Shown: positions 12,883-22,803, numbered from the stretch's first letter. The stretch is DNA of 64,000 bases from Candidatus Eiseniibacteriota bacterium (GCA_963703225.1 OY969801.1:1760001-1824000); one strand, 5' to 3'. The notes: generated by a model not told the origin, from the sequence alone. Numbers and translations: made by a program.

Positions 12883-13797
12883 CTAGGAGACGAGGCCCTG
12901 CTCGAAGAAGAGCCTCCCCCTGCCGGGGTCGAGGCGGGCCCGCGCCCCGAGCGGAAAGGGCTGGTTACGGCGAGCGTGGCCCGCAGGGATCCCCGCGAGG
13001 GCAGGCACGCCGAGCGGCCGGATGTGGTCCTCGAGAACCTGCCCCACCTTGAGCTCGGGCCGACGGGACCGGGGCCGGCAGCGGTAGAAATCCCCCAGCG
13101 CGATCCCGCGAACACCCCGTAGAGCGCCCGAGAGCCGCAGGTGGCAGAGCATGCCATCCAGTTTGTACGGAGGCTCGTTCACTTCTTCCAAGAACAGAAT
13201 CGAGCCGGCCAACGGGGGCATCATCCGCGTCCCTACGGAATAATCGAGCAGCTTTAGGTTTCCCCCCAGAACGATCCCGCGCACAGGTCCTCTCCCTCCC
13301 GCCAGGCGAATCGGCGCCGCGAGCGACCGCATGCGCTCCGGGGGAAGGGGTTGGGTCACCCAGGCGACCCAGCGCCGCAATCCGTCCAGCGGCAAGCCCT
13401 GCAAGTTTGGCCCGTGGAGCGTGCGCACGCCCGCGTTTCGAGCGAAGCCGAGGTGAAGATAGGTCGCGTCGGAAAAGCCGGCGAAGACTTTGGGGTCGCG
13501 CCGCATGGCTCCCCAGTCGACCGAGGCGGAGATCCGCATGGCCCCAAAGCCCCCGCGGGCCATCAGCACGCATCGGATGCTGGAATCGCGGAGCATCCGG
13601 TTCAGATCGTCCGCCCGCGCCGCGTCCGAGCCCGCGAGGTGACCCCTCCGATCGTAGAGATGGCGGGCCAGGACAACGCGAAACCCTTCCTTCTCGAGCG
13701 CCTTCGCCCCCGCCGCCACGAATCGGCGTTCGACCGGCCCCGAGGGAGCCACCACGCCGATCCGGTCGTTCGGACGGAGGCGCGGCGGAGCGATCAC
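12883..13797 (-). CDS. ldcA: LD-carboxypeptidase (peptidase S66)
   Basis: VVAPSG, ARGGFGA, GFSD (nucleophile Ser), GGNL, FLEEVNE, GH; GTGA overlap with dacB stop. Confidence 0.9.
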   Translation of the reverse strand: MIAPPRLRPNDRIGVVAPSGPVERRFVAAGAKALEKEGFRVVLARHLYDRRGHLAGSDAARADDLNRMLRDSSIRCVLMARGGFGAMRISASVDWGAMRRDPKVFAGFSDATYLHLGFARNAGVRTLHGPNLQGLPLDGLRRWVAWVTQPLPPERMRSLAAPIRLAGGRGPVRGIVLGGNLKLLDYSVGTRMMPPLAGSILFLEEVNEPPYKLDGMLCHLRLSGALRGVRGIALGDFYRCRPRSRRPELKVGQVLEDHIRPLGVPALAGIPAGHARRNQPFPLGARARLDPGRGRLFFEQGLVS

Positions 13798-15449
13798 CGC
13801 GGAATTCCGATCGGAGCGGAGGTGGTCGGGACGGGGGGCGCGCTCCGGGCCATGAGCGTGACCAGCTTCTCCTCTGCGTCCCGGGCGGAGGCCACGGAGT
13901 TTCGGTTTCCGTTGCTGACCATGGAGAAGGCGACCCGCGCGCCATCCGTTCGCGTGACAAATCCGGAGAGAGCGCTGACGTTTGTGAGCGTGCCGCTCTT
14001 GCCGCGCAGCGAGGCCTTGGCATCGAGTGTGCTGAAGCGGTTCTTCAGCGTCCCGAGCGCCCCGGGCCTCGCCAGCCCTTCCCGGAATGTGGCGCCGACC
14101 AGAGGGTCTCTGTCGAGCGAGGTGAGCCAGGCCACGATCGCGCGCGGCGTCACGAGATCCATCGGCGATAGGCCCGACCCGTCGACCAGCGAGAGGTCGA
14201 ACGTGTCGACGCCCGATTCCCCGACGATCCTCATGACCTCCGCCAAACCCCGCTCCCGCCTCTTCCCTGTGGGCGAAGGGTCGAGGAGCCGGAGCAGCGC
14301 CTCCGCTTCAGGATTCAGGCTCACGGCGTTCACGATACCCACCACCTCGCCCGCTGTCGGGGAGGCCAAGGAGGCGACCCGAACGGCGCGGTCGGAGCCG
14401 ACCGCCTTCCAGCCCGTCTCGGCGGGCGCCGATCCGGTGTCGGCGGCCGCGGCGAGGCCCTCGGCCTGGCGGCGGTCCGCTTCCGGGAGATCGGGGCTCG
14501 ACCGGAGGACCCGGGCCACCGCGGCCACCTCGATCCCCGCCCGGCGCATCGCGCCCAGAAGCATCAGCGCCGCCGTGGAGTCCGCGTCGGGAACCGCCAC
14601 CTGGCGTTTGATAAAGCCGCCCCGGGGCACCGTGCCCGTCACCTCGAGAAGGCGCGACCCCTGTGCGCGCGCGACGTCCAGGTGCGCCGCCGAGCCCGAA
14701 TCGACCAGCGAGGGCCTTCCGCGCACCACCAGCGGGACCTCGGGCGGGTCCAGCTTGAAGGTCACCCCGCGGCCCGTCGCCGTCGCGATGAGCGTGGCGG
14801 CGTTTCCGTTCGCCAATACCGCGTTGACCGGAGCGCCGTACGCGTAGGCGAAGTCATCGTGGGCCCAGCCGGGCCCGTACGACTCTGGCGCGAAGACCGA
14901 GCCATCCACCCAGAGGGTTCCCTCAAACTTGGTGAGGCCGCTCTCCCGGAGCAGATACGCGAGCGAGTCGAGCAGCCCCCGCGAGCCGGGGGCGAGCAGC
15001 TGGTAGACGTCCGGCATCCCGCTGGCGCGGAGCACCAGGTCCCCCTTCAGGCGAACCTCGGAGCCTCCCCGACGCATGGAAGCCTTTCCGCGCGCATCGA
15101 GGTGGGTCTCCCGGCGATAGTCGACTCCGTAGCGGCGGAGGAAGGAGCCGGTCGTGAAGAGCTTGGCGTTGCTCCCGGGGATCAGGCGGCGCGCCGGCTG
15201 GATCGATACGAGGGTGTCCCCGCGATCGAGCGTCGTGGCCAGGGCCGCGACTTCCGCCTGCTCCATGGCGCCCGCCCCCAGGAACTGCAGGGAATCGGAG
15301 AGAAGCCCCTGCAGGCATCCAGGAAAGCAAGGGGAGGCCTGGGCCCGGCCCACCGGCGAGGCGATGAGCATCGACGCCGCCACAAAGAGTTCGGGGCGGA
15401 TCCAGAAGGATCCACCCCGAGCGGATCGTCTCGGGAGCCTGACGGTCAA
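13794..15449 (-). CDS. dacB: D-Ala-D-Ala carboxypeptidase/endopeptidase PBP4 (peptidase S13); start uncertain
   Basis: PGSNAK (SxxK), SLN (SxN), DGSGLS, GKSGTL; in-frame TTG at 15449 overlaps the upstream stop. Confidence 0.88.
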   Translation of the reverse strand: MTVRLPRRSARGGSFWIRPELFVAASMLIASPVGRAQASPCFPGCLQGLLSDSLQFLGAGAMEQAEVAALATTLDRGDTLVSIQPARRLIPGSNAKLFTTGSFLRRYGVDYRRETHLDARGKASMRRGGSEVRLKGDLVLRASGMPDVYQLLAPGSRGLLDSLAYLLRESGLTKFEGTLWVDGSVFAPESYGPGWAHDDFAYAYGAPVNAVLANGNAATLIATATGRGVTFKLDPPEVPLVVRGRPSLVDSGSAAHLDVARAQGSRLLEVTGTVPRGGFIKRQVAVPDADSTAALMLLGAMRRAGIEVAAVARVLRSSPDLPEADRRQAEGLAAAADTGSAPAETGWKAVGSDRAVRVASLASPTAGEVVGIVNAVSLNPEAEALLRLLDPSPTGKRRERGLAEVMRIVGESGVDTFDLSLVDGSGLSPMDLVTPRAIVAWLTSLDRDPLVGATFREGLARPGALGTLKNRFSTLDAKASLRGKSGTLTNVSALSGFVTRTDGARVAFSMVSNGNRNSVASARDAEEKLVTLMARSAPPVPTTSAPIGIPR

Positions 15450-16489
15450 AACGCGACGCGAAGGGAGAACTGCTGGTTGTCGTTGAAGAACTCGCCCACC
15501 TGAGTCCCCGCCCAATCAAACGAGACTGGAACGTCTCCAAGGTTGAAGTTGAATCCCGCCCCGTACGAGAAATTGTACAGGTAATCCTGTTGGCGGTCCT
15601 CTTCCTTAATAGGCATCTGCCCCTGGAATCCCGCACGAAGCGCCAGCGCGCGTCCGATTCTACACTCGGCCCCGAGCCGGTATTCATCGGTCGAGAAGTT
15701 GTTCGCCTGAAACGTCCCGAAGAGGGTCGCCTCGGTCTTCTCGGAGAAGGACAGGTCGTAAGCGGCACCCATCGAGAGGTACGAGGGCAGCTCGAACGAC
15801 GTCGCCTGCAGCGAGACGACATGCGGCTGGGCCGTGGGATCGTCCGTCGGCAGGACCAGGCGCTGCTCGAAATTCCCGCCGCTGAACTCCATGGTCGGAC
15901 CGATGTTCTTCATCGCAAAGCCGAACCGAAGCCCACGCCACCCGGTGTCATACTGCACTCCCAGGTCGAGCGCAAAGCCCTTGGCGGTGACGTCGGAGAC
16001 GCGCTCGTTGATGAGCACTCCGGTCGCTCCAAAGAGGACCCGATCGGTCATCCGCCGACCGTAGGAAAGGCCAACCACGGCGAAGTTCGGACTCAGAATT
16101 TCGCCCGTCCCCTCGGGCGCGTCCTCGGTCGTGACCGTGATGTCGCCGATGTTCAATACCTTGACCGACAGCGCGAACATCCCGGCGGAGCCAGCCGGGA
16201 GCGAAACGGCGCCATAGTTCACTTTGGAATCCGCCAGGTACGATGTGTACGAAACCATCGCCTCCTTTTGGTCGGTGCTCGCCAGCGAAGCGGGGTTCCA
16301 ATAGAGGTTCTCGAGACCCCCTCCCAGGGCCACCGACGAGCCACCGAGCGCGACCGAGGCGGCACCCACCGGAATCCTCAGCTCTTGCGCGCCGGCGGTC
16401 CCGATTCGTTCCAGCCCGCCCGCCCACGCCGGAACCGCAACGGTCAGTAGCAGGACCGGTAGAGCTAGGATCAGCACAAAGGCCCTCAT
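15446..16489 (-). CDS. PorV/PorQ (UPF0164)-like outer-membrane beta-barrel
   Basis: Signal peptide, GTAGAQELRIPVGAASVALGG, LYWNPASLA, ALDLGVQY, FAMKNIG, LALRAG, C-terminal Phe. Confidence 0.85.
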   Translation of the reverse strand: MRAFVLILALPVLLLTVAVPAWAGGLERIGTAGAQELRIPVGAASVALGGSSVALGGGLENLYWNPASLASTDQKEAMVSYTSYLADSKVNYGAVSLPAGSAGMFALSVKVLNIGDITVTTEDAPEGTGEILSPNFAVVGLSYGRRMTDRVLFGATGVLINERVSDVTAKGFALDLGVQYDTGWRGLRFGFAMKNIGPTMEFSGGNFEQRLVLPTDDPTAQPHVVSLQATSFELPSYLSMGAAYDLSFSEKTEATLFGTFQANNFSTDEYRLGAECRIGRALALRAGFQGQMPIKEEDRQQDYLYNFSYGAGFNFNLGDVPVSFDWAGTQVGEFFNDNQQFSLRVAF

Positions 16490-16552
16490 GCCTGTTTCCT
16501 CCATCTCCATCGAGGAGTTTTTCCCGGTCATGACGTGGCAGTCGTCCATGGT

Positions 16553-19528
16553 CTAGAAATTGTCGAGCCGCTCTTTTTCGATGAACACCGCGAGTCGATC
16601 TGTCTTGCTTCCGACACCATCGACATCGACCCGATAGATATAGACGCCGCTCGCGACTGGCAAATTCCCGTCCGTATTCAGATTCCATATGATCTCGGCC
16701 TTGGACATCTCATCCGCCGTGGTCGGGACCCGCGAGATGGTCCGGACCAAGTCACCGCCCATATTGAAGATCCGAATCGTCACCTTCTTCGAGGCGGGAA
16801 TATTCGTAAATTTCATCACCCGGTCGAACTGGTTCAGCTCGTAGGCCGAGTGCGCGTAATACGGGTTCGGGACCGCCAGTATCTTCTTGACGTCGTTGCC
16901 GACGACGGTCCCAGGCGCGGCGCCGACGGGCACGAGCCGGAATTCGAACACGTCCGTCGGGTAAAAGCGCCCTCCTCGGATCCTGATTCTCCCCGGAGGA
17001 GGAAGGGGATTGTTGTGCGTATAGCTCGTATCCCCCTCCTGGAATCCGAACCGTCCGAGGGTCTGGTCATCGTCGAGAGGATCGACGTCGGTGGAGAGAA
17101 GCCCCGGCGTCCCCCACGGCACGCCCGCATAGGCGAAATCCCGGAAGTAAAGCCGATCGCCCCACGTCCACGAGCCGCTCCCGTCATCGTCGCGGATCAT
17201 CGCCGTCACCTTCACGTCGTCCGAGGGGTCGGCGTACGTGTTGGCGCCCAGATCCCAGACCTCGAACGGGCATTTGTAGGTCGCCTGGAGGGATGGATCG
17301 CCGAAGTTGTACTCCCAGCAGAATTCCGTCGTGTCCGGGAGGATCCTGATCTCGTAGTCGTGGAAGACCCCGTCGGCGAAGTTGAAGCCGTCGAGCCCCG
17401 CCCCGATCTCGTTGTCGAGGAAGTAGACTCCAGCCGAATCGGGATTCCCGTTGGAGAGATCCAGCGAGTCGCCGCTCGCCAGGTGCTGGAACATGGACGA
17501 GGGCTTCGTCGAGATGACGCGCGGCATGAACCCGTTGACGATGGGGTAGTCAAAATCTCCGCTCTGGTTTGTCTGCCCGGTCACCAGCGTGTCCCCCGAC
17601 CCCGCGTACGAGACCGTCCAGCTCTCGTCGTCGGCAAAGTTGACGCGATAGAGAGAGTCGGCCAGCGCATTCAGCTGGAGCTGCTCCACGACCACCCGGT
17701 TCCCCACGCGGTCGCCGGCCGTTTGGGTGGCCTCCACGGTCTGCACCGCGTTGCTGCCTTTCGGCGAGGCGGTCACGATCTTGAAACCACTCTCGAGGAC
17801 ATCCGCGATCGTCCCGACCGGATTGAGCCCGACGAAGTAGGTCGAGGTGTTGTCCACGTCGAACGAGTAGGCGGTGACCGCGAAATAGTAATCCTTATTG
17901 TTGACGAGCTTCCCGCCGCTGAATGCGTCGGTGGTGATGTCGCGCGAGAATTGAAGCCCGGTGTTCTCCCCCGCAATCACCAGGGTCCTCTCCACCACGC
18001 CCTTTTGGGAATTGAAGAGGTCCGTGTAGATCAGGCTGACCGAGTCGTCCTCGTCAATCGTGGCGATCACCTTGGGCGGGACCTGCGTGTTGTTGGACGC
18101 GAGCTGCCAGATGCGGAAGCCCTCGAAGTGGAAATCCTGCCCCAGGCTCGCGTTTGGGGAGTTGGTGCCGACCGGCTCGTTGCCCCAAATCAGCCGGATG
18201 CCCCGGTCCAATGGGTGCACGAACACGCTCGGATTCGGCGGCGGCGAGGGGATGTCGAAGTTGAGGTCGAATACGAGCTGAGCCGCGGCGTCCTTGCTCT
18301 TGAGGTCGGTGATCGAGGCAAGACGATTCGGTCCCTGCCCGATGATCACGGCGCAGACCACCTCCTGAGTATCGCCGGGAGCCATCGTGAACGGTCCTGA
18401 CGAGAGCTGCATGCGGCGGTCGTCGGGCGTCCCATCGAGCCACCCCGTCCCGGCCACCGGGTCGCCCGAGAACTGGAACGTCGTGACCGGCTGGAATGGG
18501 TCGTCGTTCTCGTGCACCGCCGAGCCGTTTCGGTGGAGGCCCTGCATGAGGTTGTAGGCCTCCGCCGCGCTGGTGGGATCCTGGCCGTTGATGTACTTGT
18601 TGAACGAGGTCATGCCCAGGGTGTCGATCGCAACCCCCAGGGAGTCGAAGACAATCGGCCCGCGGAAGAAGTCGAATCCAATGGCCGGGGGAGCCGATCC
18701 GTAGACCGCGTCGTTGTTGGTCTCGTTGTAGCAGTAGCCGAGACTCAGCGTCGTATCGCATCCCACGAGGTCGTCCGACGCGTCTCCCAGGTCGGGATCG
18801 GCCCAGATGGAGATGTAGGTACTGTCGAGCCGGTTTCCGCCCTTATTGATGAGGCGGAACTTGATGAAGATGATGTTTCCGAGCGCGCCGCCTCGATTGT
18901 ACGCAAACGTCGTCTGCTGGATTTCGAGACCGAGGGGCTTGGTCCGGCCGGCGCTGCTGTTCGTATGCCGCCCGGGGTCGGCGTCGTTGTAGGAGCTCCA
19001 GAGAGTGACGTCTCCCATTAGAAGCGGATTGCCCAGACTGTCCAGCGGCGCCCCCTGACCGTAGGGCGGGTCCAAACTCGGCCAATTCAGGTAGTCGCTG
19101 CTCGTGGTGTTGCCCGCCTCGAGCCGGTAGTTCTTGAACGCCGGCTGATCCACCTGGAAGGTCCCGTTCAGCATCGGGCCGGGCGCGTACTCCTGCGAGT
19201 ACTCCGCGACGCAGGTCCGGACCGTGTCGTTGACCTGGGCTCCAACCCACATGCCCGCCGCGAAGAGCGCCGTCTTCGTGGTGCCTTTGGGGAACCGGAG
19301 GCCCGGCTCGCTCGTGCTCAGATCCCAGCCAAATGACCCGTGGTTGGTCACGAACATGTCCAGATTGTTCGCGTCCATCCGGCCGCTGTTGTCCGAGGAA
19401 GCCGCGGCCCGATGCCACGACGGCTTGCGCGGGTGCGCCGCGCTCCTCGTGGGGGCGGCCATCGCCGCGGGAATCTGGAACGCCATCAGGAATAGCGCCA
19501 GGATCCCGATCTTCTCAAATGTGCGCAT
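16553..19528 (-). CDS. Large secreted protein with T9SS type A/FlgD-like C-terminal sorting domain
   Basis: Signal peptide; Asp/Gly/Asn-rich beta body; FN3-like segment (YYFAVTAY); CTD ILAVPNPYY...IRIFNMGGDLVR...WNLNTDGNLPVASGVYIYRV. Confidence 0.82.
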   Translation of the reverse strand: MRTFEKIGILALFLMAFQIPAAMAAPTRSAAHPRKPSWHRAAASSDNSGRMDANNLDMFVTNHGSFGWDLSTSEPGLRFPKGTTKTALFAAGMWVGAQVNDTVRTCVAEYSQEYAPGPMLNGTFQVDQPAFKNYRLEAGNTTSSDYLNWPSLDPPYGQGAPLDSLGNPLLMGDVTLWSSYNDADPGRHTNSSAGRTKPLGLEIQQTTFAYNRGGALGNIIFIKFRLINKGGNRLDSTYISIWADPDLGDASDDLVGCDTTLSLGYCYNETNNDAVYGSAPPAIGFDFFRGPIVFDSLGVAIDTLGMTSFNKYINGQDPTSAAEAYNLMQGLHRNGSAVHENDDPFQPVTTFQFSGDPVAGTGWLDGTPDDRRMQLSSGPFTMAPGDTQEVVCAVIIGQGPNRLASITDLKSKDAAAQLVFDLNFDIPSPPPNPSVFVHPLDRGIRLIWGNEPVGTNSPNASLGQDFHFEGFRIWQLASNNTQVPPKVIATIDEDDSVSLIYTDLFNSQKGVVERTLVIAGENTGLQFSRDITTDAFSGGKLVNNKDYYFAVTAYSFDVDNTSTYFVGLNPVGTIADVLESGFKIVTASPKGSNAVQTVEATQTAGDRVGNRVVVEQLQLNALADSLYRVNFADDESWTVSYAGSGDTLVTGQTNQSGDFDYPIVNGFMPRVISTKPSSMFQHLASGDSLDLSNGNPDSAGVYFLDNEIGAGLDGFNFADGVFHDYEIRILPDTTEFCWEYNFGDPSLQATYKCPFEVWDLGANTYADPSDDVKVTAMIRDDDGSGSWTWGDRLYFRDFAYAGVPWGTPGLLSTDVDPLDDDQTLGRFGFQEGDTSYTHNNPLPPPGRIRIRGGRFYPTDVFEFRLVPVGAAPGTVVGNDVKKILAVPNPYYAHSAYELNQFDRVMKFTNIPASKKVTIRIFNMGGDLVRTISRVPTTADEMSKAEIIWNLNTDGNLPVASGVYIYRVDVDGVGSKTDRLAVFIEKERLDNF

Positions 19529-19571
19529 CCGCAAGGCCCTCCCTAGCCATGGAAGCCGCTGGTCATTCCTC

Positions 19572-22517
19572 TCAAAAGCTCAACCGTGCGCCGAACCGCA
19601 CCATCCGTGGATTTCCGAACGTGTCCGGATTGAGTTCGGCGAGGTGGTAGCGCTCGGCCGCGCCGGACCCGTTGTCGGCGAGAAACTTCTGACCGGCGTC
19701 GGTCGACAGATAGTTCGTGGTTTCCGCGCTGCCTGTGCCGGAGTAGACGGCGTAGACGTTCTTCTGATTGAACAAGTTCATGACCCAGACATAGAGCTCC
19801 ATGTTCTCGCGGGCGATGGGAATCGTCTTCCCGGCCTTCATGTCGACCGTGAGCGTCCACGGCCCGTACCGGGAATTGATTTCCCCTGTCGGGGTCGGAA
19901 ACACGGCGCCGAGCGTCACGGCGTTGTAGACCTTGGTCGGTGTGTATGGCAAGCCGCTACCCGCATTCAGGAGCACGTTCAGCCCCGAATTCTGCAGCCA
20001 GCGCTTCCCGCCCCAGGCCGGACCCTCCGACGCACCCAGCCGGTAATCGAAATTGAACGAGAACCGATGACGCTGGTCGAAGGCGAGCGGCGACGCCAGC
20101 TTGGGCGTCTCCTGCGCGGTCCACGCGATCGTTCGCTGAGACTGCGAAATCGAGCCGGTCCCGCGCGCCGACGAAAGGGTGTAGGAGGCATTGACGGCGA
20201 CATGGCTCGTCCGCCGGAGGGTGTACCCGAGCTCGATGCCTTTGATCGTGGCGAAGTCGCGGTTCTGGTAAGAGGAAAACGCGTTCGGGCTGGACCGGAT
20301 GGTGGTGATCTCGACGAGATCCTTGACGTCCTTGTAGTAGGCGGCCACCTCGACCCGCGACCGATCGGTCGGAGTGTGCGTGATTCCCAACTCGTAGGCG
20401 GTGGTCTGCTCCGGCTTCAAGTTCGGGTTTCCAAACCCGACAAAGTAGCCCCCGGTGTTGATCTTGTGCTCGAGGAACGCGTAGCTCACGTACAGGTCTT
20501 GGAGATTGGGCTGTTGGAAGAATTTCCCGTAGTTGACATGGAGGAGAGTCCGATCGGACACGGGGAAGCCCACACCCAGCCGCGGACTCAGCCTCTGGTA
20601 GACCTTCGACTCTTCCAAATCCTGCGGCCCGAGCGCGCTTGGATCATTCAGGCTGTCGCCGGTTTCCGGTCCCAACGGGAATGATTCGCTCCGGAGCGAG
20701 TTTGTGGACGGCGTGAGATAGTCCCAGCGGAGGCCGGCGTTCAGCACCAATCCCAGCTGCTCGTATTTGCCCTGGACGTAGAGAGAGGCCACCTTCGGGT
20801 GCTTCGGCCCATCCAGCGGGTCGTCGTAGATCCCGTTCCCGTTGGTATCCTGATAGGCCTCTCCCGAATCCCGGCTCCCATTGCCGTTGGTGTCGGTGAA
20901 GGTGTCGCCCCCGCTGACCTCGTTCCCCAGCGCGTCGAAGCCGTAGTGGTCGACGTCGAGGACGTTGTCAGGGTTCCCCGCCGCGTCGTAAGCCTGAGTC
21001 GGCGCATAGTTGTCGTAGTAGCGCAGCGTGTGCCGCTGATAGTCCCCGCCGAACTTGAGCTGCATGCTGTGCGACACCTGGCTCGCGTAGTTCGCGGCCA
21101 CGCCGTAGTACGATGATTTCCGATGGAGCAAGTCGGCGAAGACGTGAGCTTCATCCGCCGCCGTCGATGGATCGTCGCCGTCCCAGAAGAGGGCTTCCGG
21201 ACCAAAGGTAGGGTTGCCATTCGGTCTGGAGTAGGCCTGCAGATCGTCGAAGTAGAGGCCGTCACCCCGGGTGCGCTCCGTCGAGAAGATGTTCGCCTTG
21301 ATCTCGTAGTACGTCCGGTCGGAAATGCTGTGATTCCACATGCCCGAAGCGGACCAATTCTTATCCTCGTACCGCGGCGTATGCGGCAGGTTGAAGTGAT
21401 ACGTGTTCAGATACTGGTGCCACTTATCGTCGTTGTACGTTCCGGCGATGCGGAGGGTCTGGAGCGGAGACGGCCGGAAGGCAATCTTCCCGGCGGTCGC
21501 CCAGGACTTGGTGCCGTTCTCGGGCAGCACGCCATCCACGAAGAGGTCGGGTTGGCTCGGGTCGCCGAGTTGGTCCGTGATGAAGCTCGGCTTGCGATCG
21601 TCGGCATTTTGGTATTCGCCCGACAGATAGAACGTCACCTTCTTCGACTTGCGGGTGAGCGGACCGCCGAGAGCTCCCGAAAGGATCTTATAGGCCTGCC
21701 CGTGCTGGAGGTAGTCCCCCAGAATCCCCTCGACCGTCCCGGAGTAGCTGTCCCCTCCCTCTCGGGTCACCACATTGACGATCCCCGAATTGATCCGTCC
21801 ATATTCGGCGTTGTACCCGCCTGCTTGGACGACGACCTCGTCGATCGCCTCCGAGGCGATGGTGGTCGTCGAGAATCCGGTGAGCGGATCCTGCTGCGAG
21901 AACCCGTCGACGTAGTAGGCCACTTCGTTGGGACGGCCACCCCGAACGATGAGGGTATTGGAGTTTTGAATTTCCGTCCCGTTGCTGGTCTGATTCAAGT
22001 TGTTGAGGTTGAAGGAGACGACGCCCGACTGCTGCGCGACGGCGTCCTGATAGCCGCGCAGAGGCTGGTTTCGTATCTCCTCCCCAGCAAGAAACTTCGT
22101 CGTTCCGGTTACGTCCTTCTGGATCAGCGGCCGCTCCGCCGTAATCTCCACGGGCGCGACGTCCTTGAGGACCGTTGGCTCCATGGTCAGCTCGAGCTTG
22201 GTCGTAAAATCGGGGAAGACCTCGATCCCCTCCCGCACCTGCGGGACGTAGCCAAGGAGGGCGACCCGCACCGTGTACTTTCCGGGGGGGAGGTTGAGGA
22301 TGAAGTAATGGCCCTGGGCGTCGGTCGTCGCCCCGCGCTTCAGCTCGGGGATCGTGACCGTCGCAAGCCCGACCGGCTCGTTGGTCGCGCTGTCCAAGAT
22401 CGTGCCGCTGATCCCTCCGGTCGTGCCCGCCCAGGTCGTGCTTGGAAAAACAAAAAGGGCGCTCGCCACGATCAACGTGACGACGCCCAGCCCCCGCCGC
22501 ATCCGAGGTCGCGTCAT
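19572..22517 (-). CDS. TonB-dependent receptor with N-terminal carboxypeptidase-regulatory-like domain
   Basis: GTTGGISGTILD, plug motif VRGGRPNE..YYVDG, GGYNAEYG, SPRLG, GNPNLKPE, terminal PRMVRFGARLSF; GGGAGG SD. Confidence 0.92.
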   Translation of the reverse strand: MTRPRMRRGLGVVTLIVASALFVFPSTTWAGTTGGISGTILDSATNEPVGLATVTIPELKRGATTDAQGHYFILNLPPGKYTVRVALLGYVPQVREGIEVFPDFTTKLELTMEPTVLKDVAPVEITAERPLIQKDVTGTTKFLAGEEIRNQPLRGYQDAVAQQSGVVSFNLNNLNQTSNGTEIQNSNTLIVRGGRPNEVAYYVDGFSQQDPLTGFSTTTIASEAIDEVVVQAGGYNAEYGRINSGIVNVVTREGGDSYSGTVEGILGDYLQHGQAYKILSGALGGPLTRKSKKVTFYLSGEYQNADDRKPSFITDQLGDPSQPDLFVDGVLPENGTKSWATAGKIAFRPSPLQTLRIAGTYNDDKWHQYLNTYHFNLPHTPRYEDKNWSASGMWNHSISDRTYYEIKANIFSTERTRGDGLYFDDLQAYSRPNGNPTFGPEALFWDGDDPSTAADEAHVFADLLHRKSSYYGVAANYASQVSHSMQLKFGGDYQRHTLRYYDNYAPTQAYDAAGNPDNVLDVDHYGFDALGNEVSGGDTFTDTNGNGSRDSGEAYQDTNGNGIYDDPLDGPKHPKVASLYVQGKYEQLGLVLNAGLRWDYLTPSTNSLRSESFPLGPETGDSLNDPSALGPQDLEESKVYQRLSPRLGVGFPVSDRTLLHVNYGKFFQQPNLQDLYVSYAFLEHKINTGGYFVGFGNPNLKPEQTTAYELGITHTPTDRSRVEVAAYYKDVKDLVEITTIRSSPNAFSSYQNRDFATIKGIELGYTLRRTSHVAVNASYTLSSARGTGSISQSQRTIAWTAQETPKLASPLAFDQRHRFSFNFDYRLGASEGPAWGGKRWLQNSGLNVLLNAGSGLPYTPTKVYNAVTLGAVFPTPTGEINSRYGPWTLTVDMKAGKTIPIARENMELYVWVMNLFNQKNVYAVYSGTGSAETTNYLSTDAGQKFLADNGSGAAERYHLAELNPDTFGNPRMVRFGARLSF

Positions 22518-22761
22518 GACTCGCCCTCCCGCTTTCTGCTGTGGAAGCGCCATCCGAGGGTCACCCAATCCCTGAGTGGTCGTGCCCTGGCCCACCATCC
22601 CCACCCAACCGGTCCAACGGGCCCCGGTTCTGCCGACCCATCCTTAGGGTCCCTCTATCGGCTGCTCTCCACGCGTTCCGGCTTTATTTTTTTATGCGTC
22701 CCCCCTCACTTGGTCCACGCACCGGCGGGCCCTTGAGCCCGCCACCTTGCTTCACCCCTCA

Positions 22762-22790
22762 AGTTGAGAACCGACAAAATCCGAAGTCAA
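22762..22790 (-). promoter_or_regulatory. Possible promoter of the TBDR operon
   Basis: TTGACT on the minus strand just after the terminator; only a weak -10 (TCAACT) at 17 bp. Confidence 0.35.
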
Positions 22791-22803
22791 GTGTTTTTTA
22801 CAC

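Noticed and set aside
22660..22720. GGGACGCA...AAAGCCGG resembling a c-di-GMP-I riboswitch
   Set aside because: The GGCAAA and GNRA P2 elements are missing and an A-rich tract interrupts the motif.
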